From: the human T2T-CHM13v2.0 reference genome, Homo sapiens | DNA: 64,000 nt | Strand: one strand, 5' to 3' | NCBI RefSeq assembly: GCF_009914755.1 | Contig: NC_060937.1 | In this document: positions 16,660 through 32,020 of the stretch, piece by piece | Numbering within the stretch: the first letter of the stretch is position 1 | Layout: each line of letters begins with the position of its first letter | The notes under the pieces: model-generated | The model's input: only the letters and a program-made list of their open reading frames with translations | The model's database searches: none | What the model was told of the DNA's origin: nothing | Position numbers and translations under genes: made by a program

Positions 16660-16760
16660 AGTTTCCATTTTATAGATGAGGTATCTCAAGTTCAGAGAAG
16701 TTCAGTACCTTGACTAAGGACAAAACTAAAACAGAGCCGACTGAAGAATTGCAATCTTTC
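16660..16760 (-). mobile_element. MIR fragment
   Basis: MIR core ccattttatagatgagg...agagaagttcagtaccttgactaagg. Confidence 0.6.
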
Positions 16761-18499
16761 ATTGTAGTCTACAGTTCAATAACAACACTGAATAGGGGTT
16801 GTGGGTAAATAAGGAATGAAGTTTTCTGTCTCCAAGGAGAAGGCATCCTGAGTCTTTGGGAGACAGCAGTAGTAATGGCAGTGAAAGCAGATAAACCTTG
16901 TTCAAAACAGGTTATCTGCTTATCAAAGCACCAACTACTGAGACATCAACTGATTTCCTCATGCTCAGAGCCTGTACACAAGAGGAACAAAGTTTGGTAC
17001 CAAAAATTGGTGTGGTTCAAAGAAGTGGGGACTATACAATAAAGAAAAGCTGTATTGTTCTAAGTAAATTTTCTTTTGTATTTCATGAGGTCACAAATAG
17101 TTCTAGCATTTTTCCCCCTTGGCTTTCTTTTGGAGAGGACATTACAAATGATAGTGATTCGATGACAGACATTCTTTTTCCCCAAGTGGTTCAGAGCATT
17201 CCAAAGGACACAAGGCTATTTTTATTCAGTGGAGCTTGGGACTCTTGGTAGGAAAAGATCTGCAGTGCTGCTGTCCTTCTGATAAAAGGAACAAACATGT
17301 TCTTGAACAATCTTGAAAGGATGACACAGCTCATGGAAAATCCAGGAAATGCAGATGTTATTACTGTATGAGAATCACAAGACATGATCTCAGAGATAAT
17401 TTAGTACAGCATGATTGAGCAGCAGAGGAATATGGAAATTTGTAACTGATAAATGGTGGTAGCTGGGCCAGATTTTGAGAGGTGGTTTGAAAGCTTTAAC
17501 AGACAGATTACTTAAAGTCATTTAATGGATTTCAGCTCCAACACTGACTTATTTTAATAAACGAAATGCTAATTTGGGCCTCATGCATTCTTTTATATAT
17601 TCAATTCATGAGGTTGGAAACATTGATCTTTATATTCCTGAGAAACAATTTAATTAGACCAATGGCTCTTAAAGTACAAATAATGAGAACCAACTATTTG
17701 GAAGTGACTTCAAGACTGGCTTGCAAAGAGTGTATAAGTTTCTATTTGATGGTGTAATTACCCATTTGCAAGAGTCACATACACAGGCCAAATCTCCTAA
17801 TTGATTTACTTAGTAACATGTAACATTGAGGTCACATTACATTAGCAAGGGGAAATGGAAGGCAGAATTATTTACCTTGATACTATAAACGAGAATAAAC
17901 AAATGATACTTCAATTATCTGATTCTTTCAAATGAGACATTTGAGGTATAAGAATCTGAATTGCATTGTTACTGAATTTCACATTGATACTAGACAGTCT
18001 CAGAGTCAGAAAGCCAACGTTTTACATAGAGACTTTAGAGACATTTTTGTCTGTGTAAGTAACTTTTATACAGCTCAATTTGCCAGTATGTGACTTATCT
18101 ATTTATACATGGGCCAAGTACTTGACTAGTTTTTTAACTTTCCAGTTTTATAAAAATGAAAGTGAAAGAGTCCAAATACTATTTTCATAACTGTCAACTA
18201 ATTCATAGTTACAGTAACCAGAAAATAGAATAGCGTGTAGGCATTGGACTGAACACAAGGACTTTATTGGATTTTCTTTACTATAATAATATTCCTGGAC
18301 TTCCCAATTTCATGTGCTTGAAAAATTTAGAAAACATCTTGCTGTAAATCCATACTGCAGATTACTCAAAGGCTTGGGAATATGATTCAAGAGGAAATTC
18401 TTTAGATCTGGGATAATTCACTTCTATTTTTCAAGGGCTTTTGTTTTAAGGATACCTGGAAAATCATAAAATCAGATGGGATTTAAGAGTTATTTAATC

Positions 18500-18757
18500 T
18501 AGTGGTACCTATGCACCAGTCATTAGATCTGTGCTGGGCTGCCTGCCTACACATTTTTAGCTAATTTCCATGTCTTCAGACAAGAAAAATGTTTTCCAAG
18601 GAAAACAGTTCTTTTGGATTTTTTTTTAAGTGCAATTTCTGGGCCCTGCCCTAGATTTTCTGACTGAGCAAATTTATAGGCAAGGCCCTGGAATCTGTAT
18701 TTTTTTAAAAAGCTTCCCCGGTGATTTTGAGATCCAGCCATTTGTGGAAACCCACTG
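18500..18757. mobile_element. MER5-like hAT DNA transposon relic
   Basis: ggccctggaatctgtatttttttaaaaagcttccccggtgattttga...cccactg. Confidence 0.65.
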
Positions 18758-19877
18758 ATGTTAGTCCAATCTCTTTGTTTTCCAGATGCAAAATCTGAGG
18801 CCCACCTTGTCCCAGCTAAGCAAGTGAGGGAGAGGAATCCAGAGCCCTGACTTGTAATTCATTTTTTTTGTGTGTGCTTCTCATTCACTAGGCACATCTG
18901 CTGATCAAATCCTTCCCATACCCTCTGGATTCAGAACAAGAGGAAGTGCACATATGTCCACAACAATTTCCCAACACTAGGGAGTATTGATTTGCTGGGG
19001 GAGCAAGTGGCATCTCCCTCCCTGGAAAATTTTAAAACCAAAAGAAAAAGTTTAACTGGCTGATAATTTATAAATGAAATCCTCTCTGAAGATAGGAAGA
19101 TGGGCTAGATAATGTTTTATCTCTTCTAGCCCTAACTTTCCATGCTCCTATAATTTAGTAACAAAAGGAACCCATGCACTTTCTTTTTTTTTAAGACAGT
19201 TTCTCCAGAAGCTTCCATGTGTGGAGAAACTTACTCTCTTCCTCCTTCTTCTATTTATCTTTTCTTATCTGAAAGGAGGACTACACTGTAAACATCTACA
19301 TATGCAAAACCCATGCCTTTGGTACACACCTACCACTTTCAGATCAAACCGACAGCCTAAGTGGCCAGGCTGGCAGCTGGTTTAGGATAAATACAACAGC
19401 ACCACCTTGTGTTGCGTTTCTGGGAGAATTTACCACTTCAGCAGGACAAAGACTTGGGCCGGGATGGGTGGCTCAGGATACAGCAACTATTCCTTTACTT
19501 TCCCTGCTGGGAGCAAATGCTAGCCATTTCGAAAAACCTTTTTGTTTGTTATCAGCCTACAATTTTCTTCTATAAATTCTGTAATTTTTAAAATATAAAA
19601 GGTAGCTGAGAAATGGAAATGCAGAAATAAACATATATTAATAAAAGCCTGGGTAAGCACAGTGCTATAGTAAATATTGTAGAGAAAAAGTTAATGTCAG
19701 CTTTTATTGCAAAAGACTTGATAGTAAATGTACATTTAATGCTATTGTGATTTAACACTTTCTCTAAAGATTCTCCCATATTTGGGGAGGTAGCTTTTAA
19801 ACTATGTATTTGCCTATTAAGGGAAGAAAAGAATGTTTCACTTTCTCATAACCATTCTGGGTGAGCCTGGATAAAGT

Positions 19878-20040
19878 CTTTGTTTTCCCCAAGTATAGTT
19901 GTAGATTCACATATATAAATATATATAGATATATATGAATATATATATAATATTCATATTATACCTTGTATTCCCCAAGCATGGTTGTAGATTCATATAC
20001 TATATGTGTACATATATAATATACATATGCACATATATAT
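19878..20040. repeat. ~86-bp tandem duplication of a unique head plus (TA)-rich tract
   Basis: ttccccaag(t/c)at(a/g)gttgtagattca at 19885 and 19971. Confidence 0.85.
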
Positions 20041-21281
20041 TTGCATCTTTGCTGTGGGGCAAGCTAAAAATTTAATATGTGAATATCAACATGGGACTGA
20101 AAGACCATAAAGACCAGAAAATCGACATATTTGCTAAACAAATATGTCAAATGTCTGATATTTTCAACAGAAAGAACATGACTAATTCAGGAAGATTATT
20201 TCCAGTTGTAATTTGAAATGTCAAGATTAGTGTAACAAATCAGCAATTCTTTGTCTCTGAAATCATCTGGAAAATTGAGCTAAGGCCTTACAAGCTACAC
20301 ATTATTATGGGAAGAGAAGTTACAGGATTAGAAAGTAGCAAACCAGGCATTCGGGGCCTTGCTGGGGCTGGCCATGCAGAAAAACTTACCCAGAAAATCC
20401 TGCAGAAAGCTCAGTAATGTTACTTTTAGTTGTAAAAGAGGATTTGGTCTTCAAAGTTTATTTGCCATTGTTCACCCAGTCTTTAGCACGTATATTTACT
20501 GTGCTGAGCTAATAACTTTGAATTAGACTTTACAAATAAGAAGGAAAAATTATGTCTTAGTTCCTCATGTGCTTTCTTGTGGAAGGCCAGACAAGTAGCA
20601 CATTTGATTAGGCAATATTTCTAAGTTTTGGATAATTTTTCTGATATTGTATTCTCCAATTAAATTGTAATCTAATTTATAAAAATACTAAATATATAGT
20701 TATGAAGGGTGCACTACAATTTTAAAGAATGTGGAATGTTCAGGTGTGAATCATGAACTTGGAGGGCTTCTAGTAAATACCAGTTGGCAAATACAATGTC
20801 ATATCAATATGAAGAAAATGCTCTTCTTTTCTTCAAACAAACGCAATCTCAAAAACTCCCAAGGGCTATTCCATTTGTGTACTTATCAGTCACTTGACTG
20901 CTTTCCTAATCACTGTTTTCTAGTCCCAGTTCTGTGCACAAAGGAAAGTTCCACCCCGTTCCCCAACCCTGCACTCAGGATCACTCCCCATCAAATGGTG
21001 CCTACCTGGAGCAGAATGTTGATTTCACACTTGCTCCAAATGTTCTTCTTCCTTCCATTAGACTTTCACTTAAAATTTATTTTTTGGTAGAATTTGAGTT
21101 CCAGGGAGAGTATGGACTTAATTTCTAGTGGCTCTTAATTCTGTACTGCCACCCAGATGGCTTCCAGCTACATGGCTTTTTTGTCACAGGACAAAGCAAT
21201 GACTGTGGATAATGAAAAAATAATAATTTTCTAGAATGGTGGAATAATTTTAGACACTATTAGTGTTTATTAATTGGGTTG

Positions 21282-22019
<738 letters not shown>

Positions 22020-22032
22020 GATGGTAACATAA

Positions 22033-22138
22033 CTTGAACCTGGGAGGTGGAGGTTGCAGTGAGCTGAGATTGCACCACTGCGTTCCAGCCTGGGTGACAG
22101 AGCGAGACTCTGTCAAAAAAAAAAAAAAAAAAAAAAAA
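22033..22138 (+). mobile_element. 5'-truncated Alu (right-arm end with poly-A)
   Basis: cttgaacctgggaggtggaggttgcagtgagc...gagactctgtc followed by poly-A. Confidence 0.92.
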
Positions 22139-22479
22139 TCACCGAAGTTGGATAACCACAAAATGGATGTAATAACACAGCCCTGTCCTAACTTGGTTCT
22201 GACAGTGTCACATAGGAAAAACGTTTTAGAGTTAGAATTGCAACCTCTTGCTTCCAAGTGCCTATTTTACGTTAACTACTATGTTTTATTTTCCCAAATC
22301 TTCAACATTATGCTTTTAGAGGCAATTTTCAGAACTAGGTTTTTTTTTCTTATTTATACGCTGAAGTGTTATATATGTGATAAACAAGAAGACAAAATGA
22401 CAGAAAGGAATTAAAGTCAATATAATCACCCCTGTTAAGCCATTATGTGTTTCCATTAGAGCTTTTCACACTAGCTCCA

Positions 22480-22620
22480 TAGTCTAAGTTATTTCACTTC
22501 TCTGAGACCTGGCTCTTCCCTTGAAAATATATGATTAATAGTCCCCATCTTAAACAGTTGACCTGAGGAGTAAATGAGAATATACATATAAAAGATTCCA
22601 TGAGGACACAGCAGTAAGTT
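22480..22620 (+). mobile_element. MIR fragment
   Basis: aagttatttcacttctctgagacc...tgaggagtaaatgagaata. Confidence 0.5.
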
Positions 22621-23289
22621 TGCCATTTGCAAGTTTTTAGAACATAGCAGACTTCTAACAGAAACAATGTTATCCTCTGTCTTACTAAGTTTTATAGTAT
22701 GATTTTCCATTGCCTGAAATCTCTAATTCTGTAAACCATCCGAACTATATTTAAGTAAAGTAGTTCACTTGTGCATTTTGATAGAGTTTGATGTTTGCTT
22801 CTTCTATTTTGAGGAGGAACATGCCACCCACTCTTGGATGAAGTGGTGATTTAACTATAACTATAATACAGATATCTGACTCAACAACTGGCTGGAGTTC
22901 TGAAAGTAAAACCATGCAAATCAAGGAGATGGTAGCCAGCCTTAAATTCTCTATTGCCTCATAGTAAATTTATCTATAACATCCTTTGGAATGCTCAGAT
23001 CGCTTCTAGTTATATCAAGATCATCAGTAAGTCTGCTCAAGAAAAGCCAACCTCCTCTTTCTTGGTCAAAAGGTGGGTTTAAACTTTTTAAATTTCGGTA
23101 TCTAAAGGCAATTTTTAAAAAAGTTTTCAATGTTTTTGAAAGATTGAACTTTCCAGATTTAAATATTTTTTCATACTCTTAACCAAGTTGTAAAGTTCTG
23201 AGCCTGTGGAGGGGTTGGGGGTTGAAGGATAGAGTTTTCATATACCCATATGAAATGCACATACATAATCACATGCCACAAACCACAAT

Positions 23290-23450
23290 CACTGTTAGAA
23301 CTGTACAGTGTGACCTTGATAGGTACGGGCCCTGCTGGCACAGGACTTACAGATTGGTGGGGCAGAAAAATATTAAAAACTACACAAATGGCCAGATGGA
23401 TACAAATATGATAAGAGCCATGAAGGAAAACATTTACTTGAAAGCACTGC
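23290..23450 (-). mobile_element. L2 fragment
   Basis: ggccctgctggcacaggacttacagattggtgggg...atgataagagccatgaagg. Confidence 0.5.
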
Positions 23451-24859
23451 AATACAAGTGAGTCCAATATATGTCAAGTACAACACAAAGCATCTTCTTT
23501 GCATGGGTTTTACTACTTTCTAGCACATTCTTGCAGTGTTCTTAGGTAGGCAGCAATGCTGTAAGACACAGTGAGGTGAAAATTAGGAGAAAGTAGTGAC
23601 AGAATATTTTTCCTCTTAATGTAAATTGTGAAGGAAAAAAATTCCTCTACAAAAATTCCCGTAGTCTAAACTCCACATTTTCAAAAGTCCTTAGATCCAT
23701 GGCAAGTTTCCATGGAGCACAGATTGAACTCTCTCATGTAGAAGAATAACCTACTTGTTTTCAGGAGAAAGGCGGGAAAAGTGCCTGAAACCACACCCAC
23801 TAATGACATCAACAATTTCCAGAAGGAAGGCTCGCCCATAAAAAGGGTGCCAGCTTGGCTGGACAGAGAAAGCATGATGGTGGCCCCACCCATGATGTCA
23901 GCCCTGGGCCCTGACCGTACAGAACCTTCACACTGGGTTTCTTAAGGACCAGTTGCCATCTTGTCTCCTCCCTCCCCACAGCCCAAACTCAAATGCTAAC
24001 TTTGACCTTCCTTCCTGCCCCTGCTGTGTCAGTTGGCATGTCTCAGGACTGTAGCAAAAGAAAGCTGGATTTTTTCTAGGAATAGCTTCAGTCTTGCTCA
24101 GATGAAAGGCAGGATGCCAGGGCGAGGTGATTTTGTTATTAATCAACCTTGATTTGCAGAAGATGACACAGATGCCAGGTCTGTGCTTTAAGTATCCTTT
24201 CAGCAGTGCTGAAAGTCAAATATTATTCAGCTAGGTTCTAAGCAGGCAGTTTAAATCATGCTAAAGGCTGTGCCATTTCAGTGCTAGAAACAGGAACTGA
24301 AAACGAATAATGTGCTATTGGGAAACTGCGGTGAACTCTGTCATTTTGAACCCTGAGCACCTGTTTGTACTTGTAAAGCTGAGAGTTCATGTCGAGGGAA
24401 CATGGAGCTATTGGAATATGGCAGGACTGAATCTGTCCAACTTGACTTCAAGGGCATTTAAGTGAAAATTTGCTTTAAACAGTCAATGCTGAGGAGAGAA
24501 GAGACTCTGGAAATCTATAATCTAATCCTTGGGGAGCATTTCTAGTTTAATAAGTGGTAGAACACATTGCCCATCTTAGACAATCACCCATCAAAAATGT
24601 CCTGACCAAAATCCTGCTAGGCTATGCAAGTACTCCTAGTACTCAATGTCGGCTCAGTGAGTGCACACTTTGACTTTATTAATGGTGAACCATTTATCTG
24701 GACCCATGATAAGAGTCAAGTCTACCCTTTCATAAATTGATTTTGTTTTGTTTTCTAATGAAAAGTTTTAAACAATCTATATAAATGGCATATTGTCTAA
24801 ATTGTAAAGTGTCGAGATGACATTTCATTTGTTTTTTGTTCTATTGAGAAATGGAAAGG

Positions 24860-25390
<531 letters not shown>

Positions 25391-26387
25391 TGGAGAGCTG
25401 CCGAAGTAGTGGGAATGGAAGTAGCAAGAATGTTATGAACAGTATTTGTCTTTCTGAAAGAGACTGCTCTTCACAAAAAGAATCATATCATACACTTCAG
25501 TGGAATTTCTCAGCATTTCTAGCATGGGGTGCAGGCAACAATCAGTGCTAGCTGAAATGTACTGACATGAATGAGTTGGGCATCAGTACATTTTCCCAGC
25601 TAGGATAATGGAGCAGGGAGGCAAGGTCACCAACTATTTTCTAGAGAGAGACATGTTAACACACACAGAGTGCTTCACTAGAAACATAGAAATAAGAACT
25701 TCCTCTGTCCCAAAGGGTGTGAGATACTTGAGGGTGAAGAGGGGAGCAGTGGGGGGTAGAAGGTGGGGAAGGAAATGATGCAGAACCATTACAACATGGG
25801 CCAAATAACAAGTGAGAGGGAACGAAAAGAAGGGAACTCATGCTTGCTGAGCATGATATGTCAGCACTTGACACAAAATCCTTACTCTACCCTGAAATTT
25901 AAGTCCTTTTAGCCTCAGAGAGCTTAAATAAACCTGCCCAAGGTCCCACAGCCAATAAATGGTAGAACTAAAAATTGTACTTAGGGCTCTCCACCTTCAA
26001 ATGGGGGTTCACTCACAGCTGCATGCCGCCACCCTGCTGTATCACAGTGCTCAGGATTTTTATGCGATGCCAATTTCTCCTCCAGCTGCCTCCCTTTCCT
26101 CACCCTTCATATAGATGATGTATAATTTATCATTCAAACCAGGCGACGTTGGAGACTCGAAGAGGGAGCTGTTTCTCCAGGACAACAGGCCAAACTAGCA
26201 CTGTCTTAGGCAACACTGGACAGTTACTCACTCCACTCAAAAGAGTTATCTACACTCTGAGCTTCCTCAGCCCTCAAGCACTAATAACTACACTTATGCT
26301 ATTCACTCTCTAAATGCTCTGGCTAAGATCACTGAGGACCTCCATGTCCCTAAATCACAAAGATGTTTTTAGTCCTTTTTTATTTGA

Positions 26388-26717
<330 letters not shown>

Positions 26718-27186
26718 TAGACTATTCTGATGACTTCCGTTGTTTGCTACTCTGCATCTCCTTGGCTTTTGGGATACAGTACCACACTAGTTATCCTTGA
26801 AAACTATTTCTAGTTCTTCTAACACATAATCTTCTACTCAACTTTTAAGTACTGGAGCCCCTTAAGGCTTGGCCAGAGACCCTCTTTATTAAAAAAAAAT
26901 TATTTATTTCTATATGTTCTCACTAGGGAACCTCATCTCTCCTGATGGCTTCACATAAGGTCTTTAAATTAATTACCATAAAATTTGCATTCCCACTCCA
27001 GATCTTGGATCTGAGCCCCAGGCCAGTGCTTTACTCAACATCGCTGCTTGGATACTTCACAGGAATATCAATTTCACTAAGCCTAAAACTCATCTCCTCC
27101 TCCCATCCCCAGCAACTCCATTTTCTCCTAATGACCACTAGCACAGTAAATGGTGCTGCCCTCCACCCAAGTGTGTAGGTCAGAAA

Positions 27187-27765
27187 CGTGAGAAACACGC
27201 TCACTCATCTAAACCCAAGGAATGGACTTAGAGATATAGAGAGTAGCAGAGACTTTTAATGATGGTCTTACAAGATCAGGTGTCTGATGGGCAGGCACAC
27301 CCAGTACGGTTACAACAAGCAATTTATCCCCTAGTGCACAAGTCCCTTCCCCGTTCCTCACAGGCTGAGTACTATGGGGTTACAATCTTCCCGGACGTCG
27401 CCTATTGGTCATTGGGTTGGGGCTTTTAGGTGTTTTTTTTAGGGTTGTCTTGCTGCATTTTGTTGCAGCCCATAATGCATTGCAATGATGGTCAGCTCCG
27501 TGACTTTACAAGTACTTGAGTTATGACCCAGGTAGTCAGGCAAGCTGATAAGAATAGATAAAGCAGCTGTTTTGCAGGCCAGTACACTTTCATTCTAGAC
27601 TAAACTTTTTGGTTCGGGTGAGGGTAACTAAGGGGGCCATGACAAACAGGCACTGGCTATTAAAGCAGGGGCCTAGTGTATCCTGTTTTTCCATAGTTTG
27701 CAGGCCCGAGCCTATTTAAAGCACTTTGTCTTGAAAATGGACCACCATATACATTATTTCCTACA
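27187..27765 (-). mobile_element. Solo LTR, LTR18B-like (ERVL class)
   Basis: Minus-strand start TGTAGGAAATAATGTATATGGTGGTCCATTTTCAAGACAAAGTGCC and end GAGTGAGCGTGTTTCTCAC; ~580-bp insertion in L2; family name from memory. Confidence 0.75.
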
Positions 27766-29468
27766 ACAATGTAGGAAACAAATGCCTCTTCTTCACTTAC
27801 CATATACAATTGATCATCAAACAGTGTTATGTGTATTTCTAAATGTCCATCTCTCTTTTCTTCTGCCACCATCCTAGTCCAAGCCAACATCACTTCTGCC
27901 CCAATTATTATAATGGCCTCGAAACTCTCTCTTCACTTTTACTCTTGCCACTCCCTAATTGTCATGTGCCACATCTGTTCCTCTCTTGCTTTAGCTCAAT
28001 GTTCTTTCCCCCTCTCTCTTCATCCCTACTAGTCTATTAGTTCCTCATTCCATTTTTCTTCTTACTTTAGAAGCTTAACATGTTCTTTTTCTTCATACTG
28101 GGTAACTCATTCATCCTCTAGGTCTGAGATTGGATGTCCTGTCTTCAGAGAAGCTTTTGAGACCCCCTAAAGTAGGTTGAGTTTTCCTGTCTTTCATGGC
28201 TCCCTATAATCTTCTTTTGAGGCATTTATTAAAATTGTTGTCCCAATCTTGCTTTGTAGCACAACATGACTTCATTAGATATTGACATTATTTGAATATA
28301 ATCATTCTATAGCATCACTTAAAGCCATCATTAACATCCAGTGGCCGGGATGGACCACAGGTCCATGAGCTTGTAATTTTGCTGGTTCACTCGTTTTGAA
28401 CTTAATAGTGACACAAAAGTTTGCAGTGGGGAAGTTTGATGAGCCTGATGGGGCCAAAGCAAGAGACAGATGCTGTGAAAGTCCCCATAGATTTTAACCT
28501 TAAGCTGTTGCTCTGGTCAGGTGAAACAGAGGTAGACAGGTTGCTGGTAAGGTGATGAACAAATTAGAAATAGCATGCTCTGTGCTGAGTAAAGTCAAGA
28601 GATCTGTGAATGGCAATGTTTTGTTCAATAATGGGTGAGGAAGTGTATGAAGAAGTGACAAAGGTGTCTACCGATCCTAAATCTCTGTGACACACACCTA
28701 CATGATCCCACATCATGCATAATGACAGCATTAAATATAAAAGGTGACAATGTGCCTATATAAGATATAACTTAAAGTCACAGGACAGGCTTTATGCACA
28801 GTTTACAGAGTTTTGTCTTAATGCTACCGTTATTCTTTATTTAATTATTGACATTTGAATTAAGTGTTAGTTTTCACAGCATAGTTCATCTAATCACTTG
28901 CATTTTATATTCTTGATACTTCTAAGTACTTTAAAGTCTCATTTGTGGGCAATTAAGATGCACTTTTATATTTCTAAATTACATATTCTATTAAAAAGCA
29001 CTTTAATGTAAACGTAGTGTTATGCCATAAAATATTCTATTTGCGTGTCAGGTTTATAGCTATCAAAAATTGCTATGGTGTATAAATTGAGCTTTACTTT
29101 GATGCCAATGTTCTTTTGCCCAGAGTTAATTTTTCTGGAATATCCAGGAGTTTTAGAGTGCTTCTGTCAAAACTGTGCTGACATTCTCTCTTAGAGAGTC
29201 CTTTAGCACTAGGGATGGGAGTGAGACCGAAGTGGATGCTTCCAGTGGTAGAGCTGCACTTCTTAGCAGATGGAGAAAAGTAGGGTCGGCCTGGTAAAAG
29301 GTGACGTGAAGACGGGTTTCAGGAGGAGGTGCTCACAGGTGATCATGGCAGATGCAGTGTGGAGATAATTCCCTGAGTTGTATCTACACAAAACCAGGTG
29401 CCCTGTGAAGGGGAAAGAACTATTAGTTGCTTTATCAGTTTCAAACCTAACTAAACAGACAACCAACC

Positions 29469-30028
29469 TATTAAATAAGGCAAAGAGACCTTGGAGAAAA
29501 CTGAAACCCTTCCCCAAAGAGTTAAAGAAACCAATGACTAACAGAAATTCTTGAGTCTGCAGGATAGCAGTTAAAAAAGAAACAACTTGCTGAAACACTG
29601 AAACTCCCTCTGCTTCTGAGGTAAAAGAACTGGCTGAAATCACTTGGAACCAATATGGCCGAATGGAGTCTATGCAGAACCAGCTTGCTGATGTCACAAC
29701 TTGAATTTCCACCACATATTTTATACTAATTCTCCCTGAATTTGCACATGCAACCCATGAGATAGCATGAAGAGATGACTGCATGTCCAAGGGCCTTCCA
29801 GACCTCCCTTCCCTTCCACCAATCACCTATTAGGGTCAGAATCCACACCCTGAAACTTTCCACTGAAAACACTGCTTTAAAGCCAGCATGGAGAGACAGA
29901 TTTGAGCTTGACACTCCTGTCTTCTTGTGAGTCAACTTGCAATACAAAGCTTTTCTTTTCTCAAAAACCCTGTGTCATAGCATTGGCTTCTAGCACATCG
30001 GGCAGTGAGACCCTTTTGCTCAATAACA
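29469..30028 (+). mobile_element. ERV1 (MER4-group, LTR45-like) solo LTR
   Basis: gagacagatttgagct...aaagcttttcttttctcaaaaaccc...catcgggcagtgagacccttttgctcaataaca 3' end. Confidence 0.75.
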
Positions 30029-30116
30029 AAACTACAATTCATTTTCTAATGGCTCTGCTGGAAATAACTGTAGCAGTAATTTGTTCTTTTCTCAGATTGC
30101 ATATTTAAAAACTAGA

Positions 30117-30429
<313 letters not shown>

Positions 30430-30946
30430 AAAACTAGAACCTAAGGGTATGGAATTATTTTGGCTCTTGCCTGATACCACAGAGAAATGATTTTCAGGAG
30501 ATGCTCAATAACAACTAAAACACTCAATGAAATGAACTGATGTTATTTAAATAGGCAAAGAGAAAGGCTGAGAGATAATTTCATCACAATTAAGATGATG
30601 ATAATAATTAATGACATTTAATAAATAACGTGTAACTATTTTATCAAACAAGCTAGATTTAAGAGGGCAAAAAAGCACTGTTATTCTTTATCACCATTCT
30701 CTGTTGAAGACTCTTTTGCTACCCCTAAATGAAACCTTAGGGAATTAACAATAGTTCTTCTAGTCTAGGCCAGTCTCATGTTATAATTACCACATTGCAG
30801 ACTCTCCCCTAAAGTACATTTTCCCATCCTCCAGCTCATGTTGGCATAGGCTACTTATTCTGCTTTTTCTTTCACCACCTCTGCAGGGCTGGCAGAGGCA
30901 GGGGAGTGTTAGGTAGATAAGGCATAAAATGATCTAGTTTGGCTGC

Positions 30947-31497
30947 CATGGGGCTCAGAACACACTGCCCCAAAAGACATACTGAATATTTAAAGCTGAA
31001 GGGATTTGAAAAAACAACAAAGATAAGAAAGTCCCGCTGACCTTCCCCAACCCTTCTTCCTGAAGCAGGTCATAAAACCTAGGAAGGATTTTCTGACCTT
31101 TCCCTGAAGCAGTTTATAAGACCTCATGTGAGAGGTGTCCTCACTATACCTGGGGAGAAAGGAACATCCTAATCCCTGAAGATAGAGGGACACGGGGAGG
31201 AATCTGCAGACACAGGTCCTGCTAAATTTCCCGTTTATTACCCTTCGCTCACACCCTTTTTTGCCCTATCATATTTCTACGTGACTCTCTACTCCTCATC
31301 CAACTTGGCATAAAAACACTTAATTGTTTCTATGACCTATTTCTTTAGGTCTTCATTGCCTTATGAAGGCTCTGGTGTCATGTAAAACTTACATTAAATA
31401 AATTTGTATGCTTTTCTCCTGTTAATCTGTCTTTTGTTTATACGGGCCTCAGCCATGAACCTAAGATAGGAGAGAAAGATATTTTTTCTGCCCTTAA
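30947..31497 (+). mobile_element. ERV1 solo LTR, MER39/MER34-like
   Basis: tggggctcagaacac...ctgaccttcc...attaaataaatttgtatgcttttctcctgttaatctgtc...gcctcagccatgaacc. Confidence 0.8.
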
Positions 31498-32020
31498 CTG
31501 ATATGGCTGTGATCTGGTACTGGTGTTTTCTGAATGTGGCAGTGTCCAAATTCTAATTATTTGTGGGCTGCTTAGGGGTTCTCTGGAGACCGTCTCCCCA
31601 ACGATGGGAGATTTTTCCTCTATATTTCCCCCTCTGGGTGGCTGCTGATACTTTTTACCCTCAATCACCGGCTTCCTCTGCTGGGCCTTCTCATCCCTCT
31701 TAGAAGGTGATCTTGGGCACAGACCCTTTTAAAAAGACCCAAGACTGGTTCTGTCCCATAGGTTTACCATCAGCTGTAGGGAAAACCAAAGCATCTTTCC
31801 TTGCTTCACCAAACTCTGGAGTGGTCTATTCTTTTACATAGCTGTGGCACTTTCCCTCTCCACTAGGCCAGGGAGTCACATCCTTGACTTTTGAGGCCTG
31901 CATCAGATATCTGTTTCTGCTTTCCTCAAATTCTAGGGAATAAGTGTCAAGCTCTCTGAGTGGCTGTCTTGAAACCACATTCCCTCAGCTGCAGGTAGAA
32001 GGAAGCGTGCTTCGTCCTTT

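Noticed and set aside
16898-17385. 117-aa ORF and adjacent open frames in non-repeat DNA as a coding exon or pseudogene
   Set aside because: No recognisable protein similarity and a non-ATG start; a tBLASTx/PhyloCSF check would be needed to revive it.
23835-23847. CArG box (SRF site)
   Set aside because: The spacer has 7 A/T bases (CC-ATAAAAA-GG), not the required 6.
29263-29826. Longest ORF (187 aa, minus strand)
   Set aside because: Non-ATG start, mostly antisense to an LTR, no recognisable domain.
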